64,000 nt of DNA, from contig JBGANV010000002.1 of the NCBI GenBank assembly GCA_044222185.1, positions 608,001 through 672,000 of the forward strand. Direction: 5' to 3'. The notes below the pieces were generated by a model. The model did not search any database. It saw only the letters and a list, made by a program, of their open reading frames with translations, and was not told the DNA's origin. Every line of letters starts with the position of its first letter. The stretch's first letter is position 1. Source of the DNA: Planctomycetota bacterium (GTDB taxonomy: Bacteria; Planctomycetota; GCA-002687715; CAIWVZ01). The position numbers and the translations under genes were made by a program. Positions 9,107 to 19,559 of this stretch are shown here, one piece after another.

Positions 9107-11569
9107 TCACTCTTGATCCTTGATCATCCGCTCCGTCTCGCTCACCCAATCCGCCGACGGATAGGTCCAACCGGGGCGTTTCGAGCCGAGTTCGTGACCC
9201 CGTTTCAAGTGAACGAGTGCCTGGTCGAGCGCCCCCTCGGCCCTCAGCAGCAGGCCCAGGTTGCAGTGCGCTTCGGCGACTGACGGATCCCGAGCGAGAC
9301 AGGCCTCGTACGCGGCCTTCGCATCGGCGCGGCGACCGACGGTCTCCAGCGCGGTCGCGTGGGTGAATCGCAACGCCGCGGAGTCGGGAAGTGCGGCGAC
9401 GCCGCGCTCGCTTGCGGCGAGTGCATCGTCGTTCCGTCCCACCTGCGTGAGGATCGCGGCGTAGTCGGTCCAGAAGAGTGGCGACTTCGGGTCGAGTTCC
9501 GTCGCCTGTCGATAGGCATCGACGGCGTCGTCCGGTCGCTTCTGCAGGAGGAGGAGGTAGCCCAGCTCATGGCGCAGATCGCCCTTGTCAGGGCGCAGGG
9601 CGACCGCCTTGCGGAAGAGGGTCTCGGCCTCGTCGAGCCGCCCCTGGTTCGCCGTGATTCGACCCAGCAGGCTGAACGCCTGCGCGTCGTTGGGCCGCAA
9701 GGTCAGAAGCTTGCGGAAGGCTGCGGCGCCAGCCGGCGGGTCCACGTCCATGAGCGCGAGGCCGCTCCACCAATAGGTGTCTTCGTGATCTGGCCACAGT
9801 CGTTGGATCGCCTGCGCTGCCGCGCGTGCCGCAGCCTCATCGTGTGCGTGGCCGGCGACGTGGGCAGCCTCGAAGTGGTAGAGGGCGCGGGCGACCGGTG
9901 CGAGACGGACGGCCTGATCGAAGGCACGCTGAGCTTCGAGCCAGACCTTCGCGTCGTTCGTGCGGTGGCCGGTGAGCGCGAGGCGCGACCCCGCGAGGAA
10001 CCACCCGAGCGCATCGTCGGGCTGGGCCAGACCCGACACCAAGGCCGTGGCCTCGGCCTCGCGGCCGAGCGCGCGAAGCACGTCGGCCCGCAGGCGGAGG
10101 AGACCGGGCGTGCGAGCGGAGACCTCTCCGTGCAAGTCGAGAATGCGCAGGGCGTCGGCCGGATCGTTCAGGCGCAGTCTCGAGAGCGCTGCGCCTGCGA
10201 CGGCCTCGGCAGAGTCCTGGCGAAGCGCGAGGGCGCGCGAGAATGCGTCGACGGCCTTGCGTGGGTCACCTTCGGCGAGGTCGCCGAAACCCAGTTCGAG
10301 CTCGCGCTCGACGGCGCGCGCGAGCCTTGCAGCATCCTGGGCGCGAATGTCCGGCAGTCGGACGAGGACGTAGACGACGAGGCCCGTCACGGTCGGAACG
10401 CCGACCATCAGCAGGAGGGCGAGAGCCGCGACGGCAGGCCGGCGCCGGGCCCAGCGAGACAAGCGCGTGAGCGCCGTCGCCGGCCGGGCGCGGATCGGCT
10501 CGTGCATCCGCAGCCTTCGCAGGTCTTCCGCCAGGTCGGCGGCGGTCTGATAGCGGCGTGTCGGCTCCTTCGCCATCGCAGTCTCGACGACGACGGCGAG
10601 GTCCGATGGGATTCCGCGCGCGAGCCGCCGGGGCGGCGAAGGGTCCTCGTCGAGGATCGCGCGGTAGAGCCCCTCACGCGTGGGTGCCGTGAACGGGCGG
10701 CGGAGCGTCACGCACTCGTAGAGGATCACTCCGAGGGCGTAGACGTCCACGCGGCGGTCGATCCTCGCACGGTCACCCCGGATCTGCTCCGGTGCCATGA
10801 ATGCCGGTGTTCCCAGCACGTCGCCGCTCTGAGTCAGTCCACCGTGGCCCTGGTCTTCGACCGCGGCGAGGCCGAAGTCGAGCACGACCGGCGCTCCGGT
10901 CGCGTCGATCATGACGTTCCCGGGCTTCAGATCGCGGTGCACGATCCCGGCTGCGTGGGCCGTCTCCACCGCGCGCGCCACGGACTCGATGACCGCGATC
11001 ACGTGCGTGATCCACTCGCGCCGCACGTCGAGTGGTTCCGACGCCTCGGGAAGATCCGCGCCGAGACGCTCGCGCTCGGAGTCGATCGATTGGGCGAGCG
11101 TTTCGCCCTTCACGAGCCGCATGGCGATCCACGCAGCTCCGTTCTCGGAGCCCGCTCCGAACACCGTGCAGATTCCCGGATGATCCAGCCGCGACAGCAG
11201 ATCAGCCTCGCGGCGGAACCGCGCGATCGCGGCCGCATTCTCGAAGAGCTCTGCCGCGCGGAAGACCTTCAGCGCGACGTCGCGAGAAAGGCGTGTGTCC
11301 CGCGCCCGATACACGGTCGCCTGTCCGCCGCGGCCGATCATCTCGTCGAGCCGGTAGTGGCCCAGCGTCTGGGGAGACTCGGACGACGGTGCCGACTCCA
11401 ACGCCTCGGCGTATTCGCGGCGGAGCAACTCCTCGTGCCCGGGGAAGGCCTTCAGGTAGTCGTCGACGGGTCGAGGGCCGCCGGATTCCATGTCCGCTGA
11501 GAGCGCGAGGAGGAACTCGTGAATCGTCACGAGTTCCGCCGCGTCCGATTCGGGGTCAGAAGGCTGCAT
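9107..11569 (-). CDS. Ser/Thr protein kinase with TM segment and C-terminal TPR repeats
   Basis: GRGGQATVY, VALK, HRDLKPGN, DFG and GTPAFMAPE motifs. TM segment AVAALALLLMVGVPTVTGLVVYVLV, followed by TPR repeats. Confidence 0.92.
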   Translation of the reverse strand: MQPSDPESDAAELVTIHEFLLALSADMESGGPRPVDDYLKAFPGHEELLRREYAEALESAPSSESPQTLGHYRLDEMIGRGGQATVYRARDTRLSRDVALKVFRAAELFENAAAIARFRREADLLSRLDHPGICTVFGAGSENGAAWIAMRLVKGETLAQSIDSERERLGADLPEASEPLDVRREWITHVIAVIESVARAVETAHAAGIVHRDLKPGNVMIDATGAPVVLDFGLAAVEDQGHGGLTQSGDVLGTPAFMAPEQIRGDRARIDRRVDVYALGVILYECVTLRRPFTAPTREGLYRAILDEDPSPPRRLARGIPSDLAVVVETAMAKEPTRRYQTAADLAEDLRRLRMHEPIRARPATALTRLSRWARRRPAVAALALLLMVGVPTVTGLVVYVLVRLPDIRAQDAARLARAVERELELGFGDLAEGDPRKAVDAFSRALALRQDSAEAVAGAALSRLRLNDPADALRILDLHGEVSARTPGLLRLRADVLRALGREAEATALVSGLAQPDDALGWFLAGSRLALTGHRTNDAKVWLEAQRAFDQAVRLAPVARALYHFEAAHVAGHAHDEAAARAAAQAIQRLWPDHEDTYWWSGLALMDVDPPAGAAAFRKLLTLRPNDAQAFSLLGRITANQGRLDEAETLFRKAVALRPDKGDLRHELGYLLLLQKRPDDAVDAYRQATELDPKSPLFWTDYAAILTQVGRNDDALAASERGVAALPDSAALRFTHATALETVGRRADAKAAYEACLARDPSVAEAHCNLGLLLRAEGALDQALVHLKRGHELGSKRPGWTYPSADWVSETERMIKDQE

Positions 11570-11713
11570 CGACGGGAACTTCCAGAGCACACCGGCGCCG
11601 GAACGCAGACAACCTACTCGCAAACGGGGCGGTGAGCGATGCGTCGCGTCCGCTCGCTCAAAGGTATCCGGTCGGGATGGAATCCACGGCGAGACCGCTC
11701 CACCCGCGCGCCC

Positions 11714-14700
11714 TCACGGGGCCTCGACGAAGCGACGCACTTTGCCCCAGACCGCGGCCCACGCGGTCCGTTCCGCTTCGTCGAATGCCGCGAGTGCGCT
11801 TGCGTCGCGAACCGCCGCGAGCCGCGGATCGAGGAGGATGCGGCACCAGAAGCTCCGCACGTCCGCAGGAATCTGCGAGCCGTGGGCGAGGTCAGGCGCA
11901 TGCAGGTCGAGTGCTTTCGCGAGGAAGCCGCGCGCCGCGGTACGCATGGACGCGTCGCCACGCGTCGAAAGCCCGACGGCAGCACTCGCCGCAACGTACA
12001 GGGCACGGTCGCGAAGCTCGGTCGAGACCTGGGCGGTCGGCCTATCGAGCACCTGACGCGCCACCGCGAGCGCCGCCGGGAACCGACCGCATACGAGAGC
12101 CGTCCAGGCGACCTCGCACTGCGTGAGCGGTGCTGGGGGCAGGCTCCCGCCGGCATCGAGCGCGTCGGCGATTTCGAGGTAGTCGAGCATGCCGCGGTCT
12201 CGCGGCGCGGCGTCCGTGAATCGCGCCGTCGGTCGCGACGCCGACGCGGCGAGCTCGACAGCGCGCGTGTCCGCGTCCAGCGCTTCGTCGAGGCGGCCCA
12301 TGTGGCGGAACGCCTCGGCGACGGCGGCATGAGAGGACGGATCATCCGGGCGGAGCTCCACCGCGCGCCGTGCTGCGGCCAGAGCCTCCTCGGTGAGTCC
12401 GACCTGGAGGAGCGCCGACGCCAGCGCGGATGCGGCATCCGCGTCCTTGGGACGGGCCGACGCGTAGCTGCGGCAGATCTCCACGAGTTCGACCAGATCG
12501 CCTCGATGGGTGAGCAGGATGCGCAGGTTCCCGAATGCGGTCGCATCACCCGGCTGGAGGCGCAGGCATTGGCGAAGCGGCGCGCGGGCTTCATCGAGCC
12601 GATCTGCCCGGGAGTAGGCCGCCGCGAGGTTGGCGAACGCGAATCCGATGGTGGGATCCAGCCGCGTGGCGCGCGCGAGCATCTCGATCGCTTCGTCGAC
12701 GTGTCCTTGCTTCAGAAGGTCCGTTCCGATCGACGCATGCGCGAACGCGTGGTCCGGATCGATGGCGAGCGCCCGCCTCTGCGCCTCCAACGCGTTCGCC
12801 GCGTCGCCCGATCGACCGTAGGCGGTGCCCAGCCACGACCAGGCCTCCGCACTCGGGGGGGCCAGCTCGACCGCGTGCCCGTAGGCAGCGATCGCCGCCG
12901 GGACGTCTTCCGTGCGGAGACAGGCTCCGCCGTAGCTCATCCACGCTTTTCGATAGGTCGGCGCGAGCTCGGTCGCACGCCGGAACGTGGCCACGGCGCG
13001 CGCGGTCGCCCCGGCCTTCTCCAGCCCGGCCGCAAGGTTCAGGGCGTGCACGGCACTGGTGGGGCTCAACGTACAGGCCTCCTCGTACTCGCGGATCGCC
13101 TCGTCCATCGCACCCCGCTCGGCGAGGGCGTGAGCGAGATCGCTGTGCGTCGAGGCAGACCGCGACCCGAGCTCGAGCGCTTTTCGGAAGCTCGCTTCGG
13201 CCGTCGGTCGGTCGATGACCTGCGTCGCGAAGCCGCGCCAATGCCAGCTCGAGGGGGCCTTGGGCCAGAGCGTGATGAGTTTCTCTCCGACCTGCGCAGC
13301 GCGTTCGTGATCGTTGCAGTGGTAGGTCGCGTGCGCGAGGCCGGCGACGTAGATGTGTCGGGCGATGGGGGAGAGCCGATCCGCTCGCTCGATGAGTGCC
13401 AGCGCACGCGGAAACGCATCCTTCGCGCCGCCGTGACCCCGCTCGAGCTCGTGGATCCCCGCCAGGAAGCAGTCGATGGCATCCGCGGGCTGGGGCGTCT
13501 CCGTGACGATCCGCTCGGCATCGTCCCGTCGGCCGAGACGCTCGAGCGCGCCCGCGCGGAGGAAGCGCAGCGATGGGTGGTGCGCCTCGAATTGCGGGTG
13601 CGCATCGAGGACGCCGAGCGCATCGTGCTGCTTCCCCTCTGCCAGGTAGGACATCACGACGCCGGCGATCGCCTCGACGCAGTCGGCCTGTTCGTCCAGG
13701 GCGCGCTCGAAGCAGGCCCGGGCATCCGCGGCGCTCGCTTCGCCCAGCTCGAGGTAGCCGTCGGTGATCGCCGATTCGACGCGATCCCGACGCAAGGCCT
13801 GCTCGGCCTGCGTGATCTCGGGCATCTTCGTCGCGAGCAGTGCCCACAAGCCAGCGACGATGGGGACGAGCACGACGAGGGTCACCGCGAGCAGGGCCTT
13901 GGCGGGCTCCCGCTGGGACCAACGCACGATCCGGCCCACGGTCGAGAGGGGCTTCACGGACACGGGATGTCCTTCGATCACCGCGCGCAGGTCGGCGGCC
14001 AGGGCCGCGGCCGTCTGGTAGCGGCGCATCGGCTCCTTCTCGAGCGCCGTCTGGATCACGGCGGTGAGGTCGCGGTCGATGGCCGGGTTGAGCCGGTGCG
14101 GATCCGGCACCGGGTCCCGGAGGATCGAGTGGTAGAGCGCGTCGATCGTCGGCTCGTCGAACGGGCGGCGAAGGGTCAGGCACTCGAAGAGCGTCACGCC
14201 GAGCGCGTAGATGTCGGTTGCGGGGTCCGGCTCGCCGCGGTTGCCCGCCAGCGTCTCCGGCGCCAGGTAGGCAGGCGTGCCGCACACGTCACCCGTACGT
14301 GTGAGGGTCGGCAGCGCGCCGTCGACGTCGCGCGCCAGGCCGAAGTCGAGGATGACCGGCTCGCCCGTCGGGTCGATCATGATGTTCTGCGGCTTGACGT
14401 CGCGGTGGACGACGCCGCGCTCGTGTGCGTCGTGCAGCGCGGAGGCGACCGACCGCACGATCCGCAAACGCTCGACGATCTGGTCACGCCGCGAGGGAAC
14501 CTGCCCCGCCTCTCGTTCCCGACAGATCCGGCGGTGGAGCGTTTCGCCCTCGACGAAGCGCATGGCGATGAACGGGATCCCCCCGTCGATTCCCGCGCGC
14601 AGCACGGTGCAGATTCCCCGATGCTCGAGCCGCGACGCCACTTCGGCCTCGCGCTGAAACCTCGCGACGTCGGACGCGCCGGCCAGGTGCCGCGACAGGA

Positions 14701-15037
14701 GCAGCTTGAGGGCCACCCGGCGGTTCAGCGGTTCTTCGATCGCCTCGAACACCACGCCCATGCCGCCGCGCCCGATCTCGCGGACGATCCGGTATTCGGC
14801 GACGCGAGATGGGGCCGCGAGTGTCTGCACGAAAACCGGAACGGTCGGGGGCGTGGTCGCGTCGACGACGTGACGCTCGAGGAGCGCGACGGCCGGGAGG
14901 AGTGTGCGCAGCGCATCCGCATGTTCGGGATGACGCGAGACCCACGTCGCGACGTCAGGCCGCAACCCTCTGCGACAGGCGTCGGCGAACGCGTCGACGA
15001 TCGCCTCCACGTCGTTCGGTCGTTCCGGCGCGGTCAT
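11714..15037 (-). CDS. Ser/Thr protein kinase with TM segment and TPR repeats
   Basis: The start (MTAPERP) overlaps the ECF stop (ATGA). GRGGMGVVF, HRDVKPQN, DFG and GTPAYLAPE motifs, then a TM segment and many TPRs. It is a paralog of 9107-11569. Confidence 0.92.
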   Translation of the reverse strand: MTAPERPNDVEAIVDAFADACRRGLRPDVATWVSRHPEHADALRTLLPAVALLERHVVDATTPPTVPVFVQTLAAPSRVAEYRIVREIGRGGMGVVFEAIEEPLNRRVALKLLLSRHLAGASDVARFQREAEVASRLEHRGICTVLRAGIDGGIPFIAMRFVEGETLHRRICREREAGQVPSRRDQIVERLRIVRSVASALHDAHERGVVHRDVKPQNIMIDPTGEPVILDFGLARDVDGALPTLTRTGDVCGTPAYLAPETLAGNRGEPDPATDIYALGVTLFECLTLRRPFDEPTIDALYHSILRDPVPDPHRLNPAIDRDLTAVIQTALEKEPMRRYQTAAALAADLRAVIEGHPVSVKPLSTVGRIVRWSQREPAKALLAVTLVVLVPIVAGLWALLATKMPEITQAEQALRRDRVESAITDGYLELGEASAADARACFERALDEQADCVEAIAGVVMSYLAEGKQHDALGVLDAHPQFEAHHPSLRFLRAGALERLGRRDDAERIVTETPQPADAIDCFLAGIHELERGHGGAKDAFPRALALIERADRLSPIARHIYVAGLAHATYHCNDHERAAQVGEKLITLWPKAPSSWHWRGFATQVIDRPTAEASFRKALELGSRSASTHSDLAHALAERGAMDEAIREYEEACTLSPTSAVHALNLAAGLEKAGATARAVATFRRATELAPTYRKAWMSYGGACLRTEDVPAAIAAYGHAVELAPPSAEAWSWLGTAYGRSGDAANALEAQRRALAIDPDHAFAHASIGTDLLKQGHVDEAIEMLARATRLDPTIGFAFANLAAAYSRADRLDEARAPLRQCLRLQPGDATAFGNLRILLTHRGDLVELVEICRSYASARPKDADAASALASALLQVGLTEEALAAARRAVELRPDDPSSHAAVAEAFRHMGRLDEALDADTRAVELAASASRPTARFTDAAPRDRGMLDYLEIADALDAGGSLPPAPLTQCEVAWTALVCGRFPAALAVARQVLDRPTAQVSTELRDRALYVAASAAVGLSTRGDASMRTAARGFLAKALDLHAPDLAHGSQIPADVRSFWCRILLDPRLAAVRDASALAAFDEAERTAWAAVWGKVRRFVEAP

Positions 15038-15687
15038 CGTCGATCGGGTCCCGAGTCGCCGAGCGACGAGTCGATCATCCCTCGCAGGCGCGTCAGCGCT
15101 CGCAGGTAGCGCTTGCTCGCCGCCGAAGGCTCGAGTCCCAGTTCTCGCGCGACCTCCAGGTTCGACAGCTGCTCGAAGTGTCGCAGGCTGAGGACCTCCC
15201 GGTCCGCGGGTTCGAGCTGGGCGAGGGCGTGCTCGACGAGCATGCGACGCTCTGCCCGAACCGCTGCCTGCGTCGGGCTGGTCTGTTCGGCTGCGAACTG
15301 AGCCGCGAGGCAGTCGGCGGACGACGCGCCGTACAGCACTTCGCCATCCGTTTCTCGACGGACGTCGCGCAGATCGGCGCCGAGGTGGCGGCGGCACAGC
15401 TCCGCCATGTGCTGTGCCGTGAGGAATCGCAGCCACAGGAAGAAGGGCATTTCCCGTCGCTCCGTGTACCGGGGAAGACGGCGCGCCGCCTCGAGCGTCA
15501 CGTCCTGCAGGACGTCCGAGACGTCGACGCGAGTTCGCAACCTGCGATCGAGCCGCGCTTCGACCATTCGACGGAGGCGGTCCCGGTCGCGGTCGAGCAG
15601 AGCCGCAACCGCCTCCCCGTCGCCGTTCGCGGCGCGGTCGAGCAACGCCTTCGTGTGTGCTTGTTCTTCCGGCGGAGGTGATGTCAT
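15034..15687 (-). CDS. ECF sigma factor, Planctomycete kinase-associated type (TIGR02984-like)
   Basis: LDRRLRTRVDVSDVLQD, TSPTQAAVRAE linker, and REVLSLRHFEQLSNLEVARELG. Overlaps the downstream kinase start. Confidence 0.9.
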   Translation of the reverse strand: MTSPPPEEQAHTKALLDRAANGDGEAVAALLDRDRDRLRRMVEARLDRRLRTRVDVSDVLQDVTLEAARRLPRYTERREMPFFLWLRFLTAQHMAELCRRHLGADLRDVRRETDGEVLYGASSADCLAAQFAAEQTSPTQAAVRAERRMLVEHALAQLEPADREVLSLRHFEQLSNLEVARELGLEPSAASKRYLRALTRLRGMIDSSLGDSGPDRR

Positions 15688-15763
15688 CGGCAAGTGGCGC
15701 CCGCGGTTGCGCACCGTCGATCATCGGCGGCGTCCTGGAAAGGGTCAAGTCCGGCGGCCGGCT

Positions 15764-18700
15764 TCAGCGCCGCGTCGCGTGGTTTTCGCCGAACTTGGAT
15801 CGGGAGAGCACTCTGACGATTTCCGTGGCCGATTGGAGCGGCTGGCGCGCGAAGGACATGAGCGTTCCCCAGAAGCCGGCAGCGAAGTCCGCGGCAGGAA
15901 AGACGTTCCCCTGGGCGCGGCCGAGCAGGAACAGCTGTCCGCGCAACCACGCGGCGCGAATCGGCGCGTCGTCGCGGGACTCCCGGATGGCGAGCGCCTC
16001 GCGGAAGAGGGCCTCGGCTCGTTTTGAACGTCGCTCGCGCTGCAGCGCGAAGGCTTGCAGTTCCTTGCCCCACGCCACCAGGTCGTGATGCCGTCCGAGT
16101 GTCGCCTCGGCGATTCGCACGCGCTCCGCGAGTCCCTCGTCGTTCCCGGCGAGCTGGCCGGCGCCGAGCTCCGCGTCGGCGACCGCCAGGCGGCGTTCGA
16201 TGGCGCGCTCGTCGCCCTCGCCGAAACGCGCATCGATGGCGTCGCTCTCTTCGCGGAGGAGTGCGAGCAGGTCCGGGATGCGATCCTGTCGTGCATAGGC
16301 CAGTTCGAGAAGTCGCCGGAAGTTCGCCACGCGCGTCGCCGTCGGGGACTTTGCGCGCTCGGCATCGAAGCCCGCGCGGAGGACGCCGATCGCATCACCG
16401 GACCGATTCGACTGGAGAAGGCATGCGCCGTAGGCGAATGCGATTCCGATGGCCTCGGGGCTGCCCTGAGCTGCGGACGCTTCCCGCGCCGCCCAAAGCC
16501 GTGCGAGATGGGGCGCCGCCGCCTCTGGGCGACCGGCACCGACCTCCAGGCTTGCAAGCGAGTCGACCACGGCGATCGTTCGGAAGTCCGTGACGCCGAA
16601 CAGACGCTCGCGCATCGAGAGCGCCTCCGCGAACGACCGACGCGCCGACGCGGGATCACGTCGACGGACGTAGAGCGCGCCCAGCACGTTCAACGTCGTC
16701 GCGGTGTCGGGGTGGTCTGCGGGAAGCACCCTGCGTTCGAGCGCGAGCGCGGACTCGAGCATCTTCAGCGCGTCGTCCGATCGTCCCGAGCGTGCCAGGA
16801 GTCCTCCGAGGTTGTTCGCGATCGTGATCGACAGGGTGTGGTCTTTGCCGAGCTCCCGCTGCGCCTCGTCGAGGTTCCTGCGCAGGATCTGCTCGGCCTC
16901 CGCCAGCTTGCCACGGCGCTCGAGGATTCCGGCGAGTGTCGTCCACGCGGTCGCGCGGTTCACGAGAGGCACGTCGGGGCGGGCGTCACAGGTCTCGGCC
17001 GTTGCGCGCGACGCGCGCTCCGCAGCCTCGAAGTCGCCCTGGTCCTCGAGGACGAGGGCGAGGTTGTTGGAGAGGGCGAGAAGGCTCGCAGGCGTCGGGT
17101 CGGCCCGCCGTCGTTCCACCTCGAGCACGTGTTCGAGATGCTTCCGGGCAGCCGCGGAGTCCGTGGACATGATGGAGAGCGCGAGGAGGCACTCCGACTC
17201 GAGCGTGTCTGCGTGATCCGCGCCCAGCTCGGTCGTGCGGATCTCGAGGGCCTGTCTGGCCTGGGCGACGGAGTTCGCGTCGTCGTGCCAGCCCCAGAAG
17301 ACGTCCGCGAAGATGTGGCGCATCGTCGCCTCGAACAGCCGATCGTTGCCGAACGTCTGGGTCGGATCGGACGATGCCCGCACCATGAACTCCCGGATCG
17401 TCGGGTCCTTGCCCTTGGCGACGTCGGGCTGCGTCGAGGCGAACATGTCGACGATGAAGCGGACGATCATCGCCTGACGCCGTGACTCGGCCGCCGCCGC
17501 GGCTCGCGCGGCCGTCGCGGCGCGCTCGCGCTCCTCGGCGAGGGTGCGGGCCGCGATCGCTTCGATCGCCTGCCAGGAGGTGGCGGCGATTCCGAGCACG
17601 AGCGCGAGGAACACGGCCGCGACGCCGATCACGGCGCCGCGGTGACGTCGTGCGAACTTCGTGAGGAGATAGAGACGGCTTGGCGTTCGCGCGAGGATCG
17701 GCTCGTGGCGAAGGTGCCGGCGGATGTCGTGCGCGAGCGCGAAGGCGGATCCGTATCGGCGCTCCTTCTCCTTCGCGAGAGCCGTCGCGACGATGACGTC
17801 GACATCGCCGCCGAGTCGCCGATCGAAGGTCGAGACGCGGTCCGGCTCCTGGGACGAGATGAGGTGCGCCGCTTCCGGGAGGGGCTTGTCCGCGACGTCG
17901 ATCGGCAGGCGACCCGTGAGCATCTCGAACGCGATCGCTCCGAGCGCATACACGTCCGTGCGCGTGTCGACCTGCTCCGGCGCTCCGCTCACCTGTTCCG
18001 GGCTCATGTATGGCAGGGTGCCGACGAGCTGGCCGGTCCGAGTTTCGCAGCTCGTTGCCTCCTGATGGGCCGTGAGCCGGGCGACGCCGAAATCGAGGAT
18101 GCGAGGCTGACCTGAAGGATCGACGAGGATGTTCGCCGGCTTGAGGTCCCGGTGGATCACGCCGCGCTGGTGAGCGTGTTCGACGGCGTCGGCGATGGTT
18201 GCGATGAGCTCCAGGCGTCGTTCCGGCGAGGGCGCGTGCTCGCGCGCCCAGTCGAGCAGCGGCGCGCCCTCGACCAGTTCCATGGCGAGGAACGGCTGCG
18301 GCCCGACCGCGGTGGACAACGTACCTGTGGAGAAGATCCGGGCGATCCCTGGATGGCTCAGGCGTCCCAACGCTTCCGCTTCGTGATGGAAGCGACGGAG
18401 CGACTGGCGCGATCCGAGATGGGGCTTCAGCAGTTTCAGCGCGACGCGGCGTGGCGGGTGGTCGTGCTCGGCGAGATAGACGATGCCCATGCCTCCGGAG
18501 CCGAGCACGCCGACGATCCGGAACTCGCCCAGCGCCGACGGCACGACGGATTCGCTCGGCGACTCCTCGATCGTTGCCTCCAACGTCGCCCGGGGGACGA
18601 CGGGCGTTTCCAGGAAGCCGTCGGCTTCGCCGTCGGCAGCCAGGAGGTCGCGGACCTCGCCGGCGAGCGCGGCGTCGTCGCTCGCGACTCGGAGGAGGCG

Positions 18701-18778
18701 CATCTCGCGCTCGGACGCGGGGGCATCGATCAACTCGAGGAACAGTTTGCGCGCGAGAGCGTGCCTGAGCTGGCTCAT
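15764..18778 (-). CDS. Ser/Thr protein kinase with TM segment and TPR_12-like repeats
   Basis: The start (MSQLRH) overlaps the ECF stop (ATGA). GSGGMGIVY, HRDLKPAN, DFG and GTLPYMSPE motifs. Repeats LGKDHTLSITIANNLG and LPADHPDTATTLNVLG. Confidence 0.92.
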   Translation of the reverse strand: MSQLRHALARKLFLELIDAPASEREMRLLRVASDDAALAGEVRDLLAADGEADGFLETPVVPRATLEATIEESPSESVVPSALGEFRIVGVLGSGGMGIVYLAEHDHPPRRVALKLLKPHLGSRQSLRRFHHEAEALGRLSHPGIARIFSTGTLSTAVGPQPFLAMELVEGAPLLDWAREHAPSPERRLELIATIADAVEHAHQRGVIHRDLKPANILVDPSGQPRILDFGVARLTAHQEATSCETRTGQLVGTLPYMSPEQVSGAPEQVDTRTDVYALGAIAFEMLTGRLPIDVADKPLPEAAHLISSQEPDRVSTFDRRLGGDVDVIVATALAKEKERRYGSAFALAHDIRRHLRHEPILARTPSRLYLLTKFARRHRGAVIGVAAVFLALVLGIAATSWQAIEAIAARTLAEERERAATAARAAAAAESRRQAMIVRFIVDMFASTQPDVAKGKDPTIREFMVRASSDPTQTFGNDRLFEATMRHIFADVFWGWHDDANSVAQARQALEIRTTELGADHADTLESECLLALSIMSTDSAAARKHLEHVLEVERRRADPTPASLLALSNNLALVLEDQGDFEAAERASRATAETCDARPDVPLVNRATAWTTLAGILERRGKLAEAEQILRRNLDEAQRELGKDHTLSITIANNLGGLLARSGRSDDALKMLESALALERRVLPADHPDTATTLNVLGALYVRRRDPASARRSFAEALSMRERLFGVTDFRTIAVVDSLASLEVGAGRPEAAAPHLARLWAAREASAAQGSPEAIGIAFAYGACLLQSNRSGDAIGVLRAGFDAERAKSPTATRVANFRRLLELAYARQDRIPDLLALLREESDAIDARFGEGDERAIERRLAVADAELGAGQLAGNDEGLAERVRIAEATLGRHHDLVAWGKELQAFALQRERRSKRAEALFREALAIRESRDDAPIRAAWLRGQLFLLGRAQGNVFPAADFAAGFWGTLMSFARQPLQSATEIVRVLSRSKFGENHATRR

Positions 18779-19335
18779 GCGGTCGCTCCCAGCGTGAGGT
18801 TTCGGCGAAGCCAGGCGCGCGCCATCCGCCAGTCGCCCTTCACCGTGCGTTCGGAAACCCCGACGATGGCCGCCACTTCGGCGACCTCGAGGCCGCCGAA
18901 GAAACGCAATTCCACGATGCGGCATTGGCGCTCGTCGAGGACTCGCAGCCGGTCGAGAGCTTCGTTCAGCAGGAGTACGTCGACGGTGGCGGGCGCATCG
19001 GCGAGCGCCGCCGTGTGGAGAGTGACGGGCTTGCCGCCCGAGCCGCGCTTCTTGGCCTTCGCGTGGCGCGCGTGGTCGACCAGCAGCCGGCGGATGACGA
19101 TCGACGCGACGGCGAGGAAGTGCGTGCGGTCGTGATAGTTGGCGCGGCGCTGGTCGGAGAGCTTGAACCACGCTTCGTGTACGAGCGTCGTGGCGGAGAT
19201 GCCATCACTCCCGGCCGCCCTCCGGAGGACCGCGCGCGCGATCTCGCGCAGCTCGGCGTACAGCTCCGCGAGGAGGCGGTCTGTCGCAGGCGTGGTGGCT
19301 TCGACTCCAACGGTCGACGATCTCGCGACACGCAT
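18775..19335 (-). CDS. ECF sigma factor, ECF43/TIGR02999-like
   Basis: LYAELREIA, ATTLVHEAWFKL, RLLVDHARHAKAKKRG and IVELRFFGGL...VSERTVKGDWRMARAWL motifs. Confidence 0.92.
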   Translation of the reverse strand: MRVARSSTVGVEATTPATDRLLAELYAELREIARAVLRRAAGSDGISATTLVHEAWFKLSDQRRANYHDRTHFLAVASIVIRRLLVDHARHAKAKKRGSGGKPVTLHTAALADAPATVDVLLLNEALDRLRVLDERQCRIVELRFFGGLEVAEVAAIVGVSERTVKGDWRMARAWLRRNLTLGATA

Positions 19336-19559
19336 CGGGATAGGGCTACCTTCGCGAACGGCAACGGGCGGATCCTACTCCGTAGCCCGTGGGTGGTTGC
19401 AAGCCGAACGCGCGGCGTGCGCGTTCACGCGCCGGCTGAGGATTCGCGTGAAGGTTGCCCCCGGCGACGACGGCTGACGCGTCTCTCTTGGTCCGATGGC
19501 CTGTATCCCGCCACGGGTTCCGCAGATGGAACCCGCGCCCGGCGCGGAAAGGAGATGAG

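Noticed and set aside
11639-15109. Very long antisense or alternative-frame ORFs (e.g. 11639-15109 +, 4317-7043 +, 48293-50956 -, 53749-56613 -)
   Set aside because: These are Arg-rich shadows of real genes, expected from high GC3 codon bias. They have no recognisable motifs.
15038-15748. Apparent N-terminal extension of the 11714 kinase over the ECF gene (possible sigma-kinase fusion); likewise 18779-19171
   Set aside because: The extension is in a different frame from the ECF and reads as low-complexity sequence. The ATGA overlaps mark separate coupled genes.
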